From Longimicrobiales bacterium (GTDB taxonomy: Bacteria; Gemmatimonadota; Gemmatimonadetes; Longimicrobiales; Gaopeijiaceae): DNA of 64,000 nt. Location: contig CBDCNQ010000002.1 in the NCBI GenBank assembly GCA_965219445.1, forward strand, positions 576,001 to 640,000. The letters run 5' to 3'. Positions 34,719-43,590 of this stretch are shown here, in pieces. The stretch's first letter is position 1. Every line of letters begins with the position of its first letter. A program made the position numbers and the translations under genes. Below the pieces are notes generated by a model. That model ran no database searches. It was not told the DNA's origin and was given only the letters and a program-made list of their open reading frames with translations.

Positions 34719-35444
34719 CCGGGCGAAAGGAGGGAAGCCGAGAGGACGGTTCGGTGCATGTGGTCAGGTGCTGTCGTCTATCCGGCCTGTTGGTGCGGCA
34801 ACTCAGTTGGCCGCTGGCCTGTATGGAGATACGCGGGCCGAGTCCATATCGGTTACGCGAGCTTCGGTGCTCTCCGTTCGGTTGCTGGTTTTCTCGACCC
34901 CGTCTCATTGACCGTTTGCCCTTACCTGTCCTCCGACCTGCTCACATCCCCAACAGCTGTCCTAATCTGGACTCCAGGAACGCCGCCGCTTGTCTGGATG
35001 ACCAACATGAAGCTTGCAGCTTGAACCACATACGATCGTTGCTGATGACCGTCTCATACAGATGATGCGGCCGATAGCGGCCGACACGTTTACGGTTCCA
35101 CGATTCCCCGACCAAGCGCCACAAACGTGATCGGTACCATCGTCTTTCAAGCTCCCGAGCGACAGAGGACCGGTAACACCATCCGCCCAATGCGTCGACG
35201 ATCTGACCAATATTCATGTACCAGGCTCCAGGGGTCTTGCGAATGCTCAATTTATGAGGCACGATCGGCAACCGGACGTACGTCCGGCCCGTCACAGTCT
35301 GGCCGAGCCTTTATCGAACGTTTACTACCGCGCTGACCTCGCAAAGCACCATTGCACCCCGATCGACGCAGGTTGTCGGGCGACTCCGCATCTCGCCGAT
35401 GTCGACGCAGATTGGCGAGCTGCCGGGGAGATAGCGAGGAGCGA

Positions 35445-35556
35445 AGCTCGCCGGAGGGCGAGCGCCGACGACGTTGTGTGGTGCGTGTACGTCAGCAGCT
35501 CGGGGCGTCGGAGAGGAGAGCGTGCCGGGTGCTCGGGCAGCCACGCACGACCCAGG
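35445..35556 (+). mobile_element. IS3-family fragment (start of orfB)
   Basis: VVRVRQQLGASERRACRVLGQPRTTQ is homologous to 31158-31240 in this window. Confidence 0.7.
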
Positions 35557-36095
35557 AACGGGTCTAGAAAGACCGTGAAGAGGTCGTCTGCCATGGCCCG
35601 GTCGCGGTCGACGCGGCTCGCGCGCATGATGGACGGGTTCTCGTAATGTGCATAGAATCCGAAGTAGAGATAGTCGTCGTCGTAGGCGACGAAGACCTCG
35701 GTGTTCTCGGTCGCGGAAGCCCCGTCCAGTGGCGACTCCTGCACGAAGTCAGCGAGCACCGCGGCCCTCCGCCACGCCTCGTCATCCAGCCGTCCGTCGA
35801 TCACTGGAGGTGTGTCGAGGCGGGTGGGGCGGACCCTCGGACGGCCCGGCACCAGCCCGAGCTGCACGTCGGCAAGCTCGGCGGTGGTTCGCTCGTCCCC
35901 GGAACCGTCGGCTCCTCCAGCAGCCTGGGCGCTCACAGTTCCTGAAAGGGCGAGAAGGGCTACCATCGCTCCGAAGCCACCCGCAAGTCGGCCCAGGCGG
36001 GTGGCTCCTGCGAAATCCCTGCGAGACATGTCTATTCTATGCTTCTCTATGCCTCCGGTCGGGGCTCTCTCGTCTGTGCCGGCACCGCGCGTCAC
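35557..36095 (-). pseudogene. 5' part of a second DUF5916/CBM9-like gene, truncated
   Basis: PPVIDGRLDDEAW...TENTEVFVAYDDDYLY...DDLFTVFLDPF parallels the N-terminus of 2900-5299; it stops at the IS3 fragment. Confidence 0.75.
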
Positions 36096-36139
36096 TGGGC
36101 TAGTTGGGGAGGGCCGTAGGCATCGAGATGCATCCCCTC

Positions 36140-36290
36140 GGTGATCTTGGTGTCCGGTCCCAACATGCCGAAGGCGATTTCCATGGCGTCGATCATCCCC
36201 GACACGCTACCGCCGTTGTACACGTCGATGATGGGATACATGTTGGTCCGGAACACGTCCCCGGTGTGGAGGACGTCCGAGTCCCTCGGC
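36140..36290 (-). pseudogene. MBL-fold (cyclase-like) metallo-hydrolase fragment
   Basis: DVLHTGDVF....YPIIDVYNGGSVSGMI.A......PDTKI. Confidence 0.65.
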
Positions 36291-36410
36291 GACTTCCGGC
36301 AACCAGATTGATATGAGAAAGCAAAGTCGACCCCCATTACGGGGGCACCGTGTGATGCGATGCTCCAATAGTGAAACGGGCTCGAAGCCCACGAGAACCG
36401 AAGCTGGCCA

Positions 36411-36500
36411 GATGAAGACACGAACGATGATCCCAAACTAACGATCGGACTCGACCTCGGCGACCGCTTCAGCACTTTCCATGTTCTCGACGACCAACGG
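36411..36500 (+). pseudogene. IS110 transposase N-terminal stub (third type)
   Basis: Hand translation KLTIGLDLGDRFSTFHVLD. Confidence 0.55.
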
Positions 36501-37050
36501 TGTGTCGCGACCTGCGTTTCATCTACGGTAGAGATCGCAAAAGCGATCCCGTCAGCAGTAATTAAGGTGACGTGCCCCCCCCTGCGGTACCACTTGAAAC
36601 TCAGTTTGCCGACGCGCTGTCGGTCTGCCGGTGGGGGGACAGCTGGACGGAAACTACCTTCTTCTCGTTGGCTACGAGGGCATACTTGAAGGTCATACCG
36701 TATCCACCTCGGTCCAGTTCGGCTGGGTCGACGACGTCACTGTGAAGCGGACCCAGGACGAAGCCGGCAACGACGTGTTCAAGTTCACCGGACGCTCCTG
36801 GTGGCGGCGGGCGGGGTTGGCGGCCGCAAAGGTAAAAGGGACCGTCGTGCAATAGCCTGTGCTGCACATCCCGATAACTACGCGACGGTGACCGTCGAGC
36901 GGCTTCCCGTAGCTTGACAATGCGTGGAGCCCCGAGCGTCCCAGCGGCGTTCGGGGCTTTTGGTTCTACTCCACCACCACCTGCCTCACAGTCTCACTAC
37001 AAACCGGAATCGGCCACTCCCCCGCCACATCTGTCTCGACCTCGAACTCC

Positions 37051-37257
37051 TCATTCCCACGTCGGATATTTTCGTGGTCCTTCTGCCCTTTCGATCACGA
37101 ACGCGGCGAGTTTAGTCCAACGGACTGGAGACGGCTTCAATTCTTCGAGAATCTCGTCGGCAGTCGTGCCTCTGAATAGCCCCTTGTACCTCTTTCTTTG
37201 CCTGTACGCCGCCACAGCACGACGGACAACGGGTTGCTCATCAGGCGTCAAATCCAT
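37051..37257 (-). CDS. Small hypothetical protein
   Basis: 68-aa ATG ORF; no recognisable motif. Confidence 0.3.
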   Translation of the reverse strand: MDLTPDEQPVVRRAVAAYRQRKRYKGLFRGTTADEILEELKPSPVRWTKLAAFVIERAEGPRKYPTWE

Positions 37258-37371
37258 GACCGTAATCTAACGGTACTCCCCGCTGCCGCTGATCAAGCTA
37301 TGGGCGATGATCGAGCGGTGCGATGGTTGGATGGGACAGCTGGAGTCTCGCGGTGCTCGCGCAGATCAAGA

Positions 37372-37725
37372 TCAAGAAAAAATCGCGCTCAGATCTCCAT
37401 CCTGATCCGCGAAATTGACCATGCATCGAATGGGCTTGCTCAACTCCTCCTCCTCGGAGTCGTAATCATCAAAGTCGTACTGCTGGAAAATCTCCTTCAG
37501 CGTTGCAATGGCTTCGTCCTCCAGTTCAACCGGGATGGATTGGTCAGGGGAGCGGCACTGTCCCACACAGCGGATTTCCCCAAAAATCTGGTCACGCCCA
37601 TTCTGGGACAGGGAATACTGGATCAAGGACTGGATGGCTTGGTCGGTTCCTCCAAGGGAATAATCCCTCACGACTTGGTTTAGAAACTGCTGATGTTTGC
37701 CCTTGACCGTGACATTGATTTTCAT
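37372..37725 (-). CDS. Hypothetical protein with two internally similar halves
   Basis: GAGGA RBS; the halves V.....QFL..V...Y.L....AI..LI.Y and V......TL..I...Y.F....PI.CMV.F are similar. Confidence 0.6.
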   Translation of the reverse strand: MKINVTVKGKHQQFLNQVVRDYSLGGTDQAIQSLIQYSLSQNGRDQIFGEIRCVGQCRSPDQSIPVELEDEAIATLKEIFQQYDFDDYDSEEEELSKPIRCMVNFADQDGDLSAIFS

Positions 37726-37842
37726 GGGCCAGTCCTCATGAGGATTGAATGAACGGGCAAAAGCCCACTTCGCCGACGATCACCACGCCTTCCACGAAGA
37801 CGCGAAGCCAGGGGATCTGTGACGACGATGAATCGCTCGGTC

Positions 37843-38760
37843 TCACCGCCTTTCGTCCCGCTGCTCAATGAACTCTCGAACCACCGCCGGCCGCCATCGG
37901 ACGGTGCGCTTGCCCACACGCACCCTGTTGATCGGCAGTTGGTAGACATTATTGGTGGGGATTCCCAGCATCTTTCCCACCTCCGCGGCCTTGAGCAGCG
38001 GTTCATCGTCGTAGCTGTCACCCACCAACGGTGTGGGGGCGGGCGGGGCGGTCTCCTCGGCTACCTCGGGCGTCACCGCCTCTTGCTGTAGTTCCGAATC
38101 GGCCAGCGCCCCATTCGCCATTGTTTCTCTGACCCATTGCACCGGCAGCTCGTCGATGAGCTTAGTAGCAGCCTTGTGAAGGGTCTCCTTCGTCTCATCG
38201 AGGTTGGCCTCAACTTGGCCGACGGAGGCTCCGTTTAGCCTAATGTCCCAAAGGAGTTCAGTCGTGCGGGCCAACCAGTCAATCAGCCTTCCCCCGGCTG
38301 GAATACAACGGACTCGGCCCTTATGCTCGAACTCAAACTCGTCCACTCGACGATGGTTTCCCCGGATGGCGACCTTCGACCTAGGCAATGGAGGAAGCAA
38401 GTTAGTCGGGGCTACTCTTGCGATGGCATCGAGGAGCTCCTTGTAGTCAACTGGCTTGCTGAGCGTTACGCTAGCACCCTTGTTCTCTGCCTCAGCGAGC
38501 AGCTCAGGGCCTTTGGAGGAAACGGCAATGACCGGCGCATCCGGAAACAACGTTTTCAGCGCCACGATAAATTCCATACCACCGACGTTAGGCATGACAA
38601 GATCTGTGATGACGACGTCGATGCTACTTTTCATGTAGACCTTGAAAGCTTGTTCGCCATTCGAGGCGAAATAGACCACGTGGCCCATTCCCTCGACCAT
38701 GTTTCCCAAGATCACCCGATCCGTCTGTTCGTCTTCGACGATCAGAACACGTGCCGCCAT
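37843..38760 (-). CDS. Response-regulator receiver domain fused to a C-terminal excisionase/MerR-like HTH
   Basis: VLIVEDE, VITDLVMP, VIAVS, LSKPV (REC); C-terminal PLLKAAEVGKMLGIPTNNVYQLPINRVRVGKRTVRWRPAVVREFIE. Confidence 0.75.
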   Translation of the reverse strand: MAARVLIVEDEQTDRVILGNMVEGMGHVVYFASNGEQAFKVYMKSSIDVVITDLVMPNVGGMEFIVALKTLFPDAPVIAVSSKGPELLAEAENKGASVTLSKPVDYKELLDAIARVAPTNLLPPLPRSKVAIRGNHRRVDEFEFEHKGRVRCIPAGGRLIDWLARTTELLWDIRLNGASVGQVEANLDETKETLHKAATKLIDELPVQWVRETMANGALADSELQQEAVTPEVAEETAPPAPTPLVGDSYDDEPLLKAAEVGKMLGIPTNNVYQLPINRVRVGKRTVRWRPAVVREFIEQRDERR

Positions 38761-38982
38761 ACCACCGCTCCCTGGTCCGGCTCTTTGGTGAGTGCGCCGT
38801 TACCAAACGATGCAGGGAGGCCCTGCTTGGAGCAACCTTTTTTGGGGGTATTGTCGGGCAGCACCTGCGGGAAGGTTAGGCGCAAACGAAGCGAACGTCT
38901 CGCGCCTCCTGAACGAGAAGGCGGCCACCTCCGAACGATGGGCGTGGCCGTCTAAACCACTGTAGTTCAGACGTTTACACAA

Positions 38983-39056
<74 letters not shown>

Positions 39057-39183
39057 CTGGGGCGAGGGCACTTGGACGCTCGATCCAGGTGGAACCTAAC
39101 AGGCCACTTGCTGCGGCCCAATGCTCGTGCGCTGAACGTGTGGGGTCTGGGGAAGGATCCTGTGGTCGGGCGCGCGCGCTGCG

Positions 39184-39538
39184 TCAGAGCGGGTTGACGT
39201 CGCCCCCGCCCCCGCCGCTTCCTTCGGAGCCGGTACCGAGGACGTCGAACCCGAGGATCGTGACGAGCGCTCCGCCGAGCACCACCACTCCAGTCCGCAA
39301 CCAGGAAACGCGCTTTAGCTCCAGCCCAGCGATGTTGGTCTCGGGGACGCGAAGAGTCGACCCCTCTCCGTCGAATCCGACCCCGCTGATCGCATCCAAC
39401 CATGTGGCCGAGAGAATGACATCACCGGCTTCGCGGCGAACCATTTCCCCGTCCACCCTGATGACGTTATTGACGGTGAACTGTGTCAACTCGAAACTGG
39501 ATGGGCGTTCGAGATGTAGGCGGATGGGACTCCCACGG
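39184..39538 (-). pseudogene. 3' part of a membrane protein/lipoprotein gene, N-terminus removed at IS256
   Basis: Coding-like frame ending in a TM helix plus Gly-rich tail (SWLRTGVVVLGG...GSGGGGG); the open frame runs into the IS end. Confidence 0.6.
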
Positions 39539-39700
39539 GGAGCTAGGATCAAAGGCATCATAGGGGCATGGCGACCGCTACCGGTACCGATCAGCAGCGA
39601 AGCAGCCCGAAGACGAAGAGGCGTTCTCCTCCGGGAACGGGTGCGCGTTCATCATTGTTCGCGCAAGGAAGCAACCCACCTATCCAAGAGGAGAACGCCC

Positions 39701-40756
39701 ATGGAGAGGTATATCGGACTCGACGCACACGCGTCGAGCTGCACGCTGGGGATTGTAGGCCCCAGCGGCAAGCGCTTGGGCTCGCAGGTGGTGGAGACGA
39801 ACGCGCGGGCGCTGATCGAGGTGCTGCGAGGGATTCCGAGGAACCGGCACTTATGCCTGGAAGAAGGGACGCTGTCGGGGTGGCTGTACGAGGTGCTGAA
39901 GCCGCACGTGGAGGAGCTGACGGTGGCGGGGGTCGGCAAGAGCCGGGGCCCGAAGACCGACAAGCTGGACGCGTTTGCCCTGGCGGAGAAGCTGCGGATC
40001 GGATCACTGGAGACGACGGTCTACAAGAACCGGGGCCAGTTCAGGCGGCTGGGGGAACGGGCGAAGAGCTACGACTTCTTGGTCGGCGACACGGTGCGGG
40101 TGAAGAACCGGCTCAAGAGCGTGCTGCGCTCGAGAGGAGTGGCCTACGGCGCGGGGCGCTCGGTCTACTTAAAGCGCGACCGGGAGGAGTGGTTGGCCAA
40201 GCTGCCGGAAGCGAGCAGGACGACGGCCGGGTTGCTGTACGAGGAGCACGACGCACTCGTGGCATTGAGGGCGAAGGCCGAGAAGGCGTTGCTGGCGGAA
40301 GCACGCAAGCATCGAGAGTGGCATGTGCTGAAGACGTGCCCGGGTCTGGGTCCGATCCGGACGGCGGAGCTCCTGCCGGTGGTGGTGACGCCGTACCGGT
40401 TCCAGAGCCGGAGCAGGTTCTGGGCGTACTGCGGACTGGGCGTCGTGATGCGGAGCTCGTCGGACTGGGTGCGGGGTCCGGGTGGGCGGTGGGTAAGGGA
40501 ACCGGTACAGCAGACGCGGGGGCTGAATCGGAACTTCAACCACACGCTGAAGCGTGTGTTCAAGGGCGCAGCGACGACGGTGATCGGTCGGGCCGAGGAC
40601 GAGCCCTTGTACCGCCACTACGAGCGACTCCTGGAGGGGGGCACGAAGCCGAATCTGGCGAAGCTGACGATCGCGCGTCAGCTCGCCTCGATCGTGCTAG
40701 CGGTGTGGCGCACGGGCGAAGCGTACGACCCCAAGAGACTGGAAGCGACGGAGTAA
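39701..40756 (+). CDS. IS110-family DEDD recombinase/transposase
   Basis: Same protein as 7965-9020 with a few substitutions; GAGGAG RBS. Confidence 0.93.
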   Translation: MERYIGLDAHASSCTLGIVGPSGKRLGSQVVETNARALIEVLRGIPRNRHLCLEEGTLSGWLYEVLKPHVEELTVAGVGKSRGPKTDKLDAFALAEKLRIGSLETTVYKNRGQFRRLGERAKSYDFLVGDTVRVKNRLKSVLRSRGVAYGAGRSVYLKRDREEWLAKLPEASRTTAGLLYEEHDALVALRAKAEKALLAEARKHREWHVLKTCPGLGPIRTAELLPVVVTPYRFQSRSRFWAYCGLGVVMRSSSDWVRGPGGRWVREPVQQTRGLNRNFNHTLKRVFKGAATTVIGRAEDEPLYRHYERLLEGGTKPNLAKLTIARQLASIVLAVWRTGEAYDPKRLEATE

Positions 40757-41120
40757 ACCGGCCTGGGATCGGCGAGCGTGGGGTCGAAAGCGGTCACAAC
40801 ATGGGGTCCGACGAAACGGAAGCGAACCGGTTACAGGGGACAGCATCCATACACACCGTGGGCCGGGGCAGAGAGCCCAAGCCCCCACTCAAAGGCTATG
40901 CACCCCTGGAGAGCCGAACGAAGCGATGGGCCACAGAGTCCCAGATAGAAGGATGGTTCCCGCTCCAGAGCGGAGAACGCGACGGCTGTGAACGTCTTCC
41001 GGACTGCGATGCGGACCCTGCGAGCGCACCCCTCCCCACCCTGAGTCGTCGACCGGGCAATCCAAACCATGCGGACGCCGACGGTCAAAAAATGAGCCGA
41101 CGGCGCGTGGGGAAGGTGCG
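40757..41120 (+). ncRNA. Putative bridge/seek RNA of the IS110 element (also in copies A and C on the minus strand)
   Basis: Two stem-enclosed internal loops (40834-40908, 40908-40966) carry TACACACC and TCAAAGG (target matches) and ATAGAAGG (donor junction match). RNA ends are not determined. Confidence 0.75.
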
Positions 41121-41241
41121 TCTTGACCGCCAGCCCCATAGAAGGGTGTGTAAAAAAAGAGGCGACGTACCTTTCCGCTAGGTAGTAAGAAGTTAACCAG
41201 CGAATCCCGGGTGAGCGCCCGGGGGAAAGGAACGATGCCTC

Positions 41242-42486
41242 GTGAGGAAGAATATGGTGGGACCCGAGAGTGAGTCCAGCACGCCGACGTGGGAGTGCTT
41301 GGAAGCGCTGGTTCGTGAGAAGGCCCAGGAGATGGTCCAGCGGATTCTGGAGGAGGAAGTGACGGAGTTGCTCGGCCGGGAGAAGTCGGAGCGGAAGACG
41401 GTCGTAGACCCGGCGCCAGGCTACCGCAACGGCTACGGCAAGGCTCGGCGGCTGGCGATGAGCTCGGGCACGATCATGCTCCGACGGCCCCGGGTTCGAG
41501 GCATTGAGGAGCGGTTCGAGAGTCGGGTGTTGCCGTTGTTCGCACGACGGACGAAGGAGGTGGGTGCTCTGCTTCCGGAGCTGTATCTGCACGGGCTGGC
41601 GGAGGGAGACTTCGAGCTGGCGATGCGGGGCCTGCTGGGCGAGGGGGCCCCGTTGTCGAAGTCTTCGATTTGGCGGCTGCGGGCGGGATGGACAAGGAAA
41701 TTCGAGGAATGGTCGAAGCGCTCGCTGGCCGACCGTGAGGTCGTCTACGTCTGGGCGGACGGGATCTACGTGAAGGCGGGGCTCGAGCGGGACAAGGCAG
41801 CGCTGCTGGTGGTTCTCGGTGCGATGCGAGATGGTACGAAGGAGGTGTTGGCCCTGAGATCGGGCTACCGAGAGTCGGTCGAGTCCTGGTCCGAGGTGTT
41901 GCGGGATCTGAAGGCACGCGGCATCGAGGCGCCCCGGCTTTTGATGGCGGACGGCAACGCGGCGATCTGGGGCGCAGTACGGCAGGTATGGCCTGAGGCG
42001 GGCGAGCAACGGTGCTGGAACCACAAGATGAGGAACGTGCTGGACCGGCTGCCTCAGCGGGAGCAGAGCGAGGCGAAGGACCTTCTCAGGACCGTGGTCT
42101 ACGCACCGAGGCGGTCCGAGGCGCTGAAGGCCCGTGAGGCGTTCGCCAGGCGCTACAGACCGTGGTATCCGAAGGCGGTGGATGTACTCGAGGACGACTG
42201 GGAGCGGATGGTGGCGTTCTACGACTTCCCCGAGGACCACTGGAAGCATCTACGCACGACGAACGTGGTCGAGAGCCCCTTTGCCGCAGTACGGCTCAGG
42301 ACAACGGCGGCGAAGCGCTTCAAGCGGGTCGAGAGCGCTACGGCGCTGATCTGGAAGCTGCTCTTGGTGGCGGAGAAGCGCTTCAGAAGGCTCGACGCTC
42401 CTCACCTCCTCAAGGACGTATTTGAAGGAAGAAAGTTCGAAGACGGAAAGCCCGTCTCAACCCAACAGCGGAAAAACGCCGCCTGA
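41242..42486 (+). CDS. IS256-family DDE transposase
   Basis: Protein identical to 6234-7478 in the ORF track. Confidence 0.95.
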   Translation: MRKNMVGPESESSTPTWECLEALVREKAQEMVQRILEEEVTELLGREKSERKTVVDPAPGYRNGYGKARRLAMSSGTIMLRRPRVRGIEERFESRVLPLFARRTKEVGALLPELYLHGLAEGDFELAMRGLLGEGAPLSKSSIWRLRAGWTRKFEEWSKRSLADREVVYVWADGIYVKAGLERDKAALLVVLGAMRDGTKEVLALRSGYRESVESWSEVLRDLKARGIEAPRLLMADGNAAIWGAVRQVWPEAGEQRCWNHKMRNVLDRLPQREQSEAKDLLRTVVYAPRRSEALKAREAFARRYRPWYPKAVDVLEDDWERMVAFYDFPEDHWKHLRTTNVVESPFAAVRLRTTAAKRFKRVESATALIWKLLLVAEKRFRRLDAPHLLKDVFEGRKFEDGKPVSTQQRKNAA

Positions 42487-42516
42487 AACATTTACACACC
42501 TATTGACCCAACCTCC

Positions 42517-42624
42517 GTCGGTATCGGGCTGAGTGCAGAACTCGGGGCCCACTGGTTCAGTGGCCTCGTCACCGCAGGAGAAAATCAGGATCCCGATGGT
42601 AACCGAACGTGTGAGCGTACGCAT
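42517..42624 (-). pseudogene. Lipoprotein N-terminus truncated by IS256
   Basis: AGGAG RBS; MRTLTRSVTIGILIFSC-GDEATEP lipobox-like signal; runs into the IRR. Confidence 0.6.
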
Positions 42625-42735
42625 GGCACACTCCTGGTGTGGGTCAATGCAACATACACAGTCCCGTCGTAGTGCGCCGATCTTCTGAACGCCCACATTC
42701 AACAACAAGCTGTCATGGAGCGGAGCAAGCAGGCA

Positions 42736-42777
42736 TACGTCAAATGACGTAGCGATGGCCGTCAGATGACGTAGCGA
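42736..42777. promoter_or_regulatory. Tandem palindromic operator-like sites
   Basis: TACGTCA-AA-TGACGTA (42736-42751) and CGTCA-GA-TGACG (42760-42771), 22 bp apart. Confidence 0.45.
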
Positions 42778-42809
42778 GCGGATGCGCCCCCCGGGTGCCA
42801 CCCCTGAAC

Positions 42810-43268
42810 GCGGCCCTCACCCTGCTCACTCAGTAGGATGTTACCGGGCTTGATGTCGCGATGGACGACGCCGTTCTCGTGCGCGTAGTCGAGAGCGCCC
42901 CCGACCTTCTGCGTGATCGCCAGTGCGTCATCCACACCGAGTTGCTTCTCGCGGTCGATGCGCTCCCTGAGTGATTCCCCTTCGATGTGGGGCATCACAT
43001 AGAACAGGAAGCCGTCGGCTTCGCCTGAATCGTGGAGCGGCAGGATGTGCGGGTGAGTCAGGTTCGCCGTGGTCGTGATCTCAGCTAGGAAACGTTCGGC
43101 TCCAACGACAGCAGCCAATTCGGGCTTAAGGACCTTGAGCGCAACCTTTCGCTGGTGCTTCAGGTCATCGGCCAGGTAGACGGTGGCCATGCCGCCCTCG
43201 CCGAGCTCTCGCTCAATGGCGTAGCGGCCTTCTAGGGCAGCGTTCAGGCGAGCGACTGGATCGGACAT
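42810..43268 (-). pseudogene. Hanks-type Ser/Thr protein kinase, truncated after the catalytic loop
   Basis: LGEGGMATVY, VALKVL, HPHIL, VVHRDIKPGNILL present; DFG and the C-lobe are missing. Confidence 0.9.
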
Positions 43269-43590
43269 GGGCGCACTCCGGGATCAGACTGCGGTCAAGA
43301 TCCGAGAGCGGGGCGGTAGGCGCAAGCTGAGCCCTGTCACACGCCCAGAGTCGAGTTCTAAGTGTCGTCGGTGCTAGCGCCCCCTGACTCATACCCCCGC
43401 ACCGTGTGGAAAATGGCCCGGTCGAAGAAACGGACCACGAGCAGCTCGAGGTCGAGCTGCGGCGTGACATGGTGCTCGCGAGTTTTCGCGAGAGACCATC
43501 GAAGAGTTCATCCATGGTAGTCACCTTGAGGAAATCATTTACTTCTTCCCCAATTTACCACCACGGGGCGGAGTACCCTCAGCTTATTTT

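Larger units (their letters stand above)
39552..41145 (+). mobile_element. IS110-family element, copy B
   Basis: AAGG cores at 39552-39555 and 41142-41145; imperfect sub-terminal IRs (ATAGGGGCATGGCG / CGCCAGCCCCAT). Confidence 0.92.
39539..42516 (+). mobile_element. IS256-family element (copy B) with nested IS110; inverted near-identical copy of 6204-9182
   Basis: GGAGCTAGGATCA|AAGG...AAGG|GTGTGTAAA split IRL; IRR TTTACACACCTATTGACCCAACCTCC ending at 42516. Confidence 0.92.

Noticed and set aside
40901..40907. CACCCCT as the right target guide of the bridge RNA
   Set aside because: It has a mismatch to the target and is needed for the enclosing stem with CAGGGG; TACACACC at 40850 fits better.
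39568..41181. 537-aa alternative-frame ORF spanning the IS110 element
   Set aside because: Low-complexity Gly/Ala/Arg frame; broken differently in the other two copies, so not conserved.
39184..42624. Lipoprotein head (42517-42624) and tail (39184-39538) as one gene interrupted by IS256
   Set aside because: No target-site duplication, and the two pieces look like different protein types; cannot be supported.
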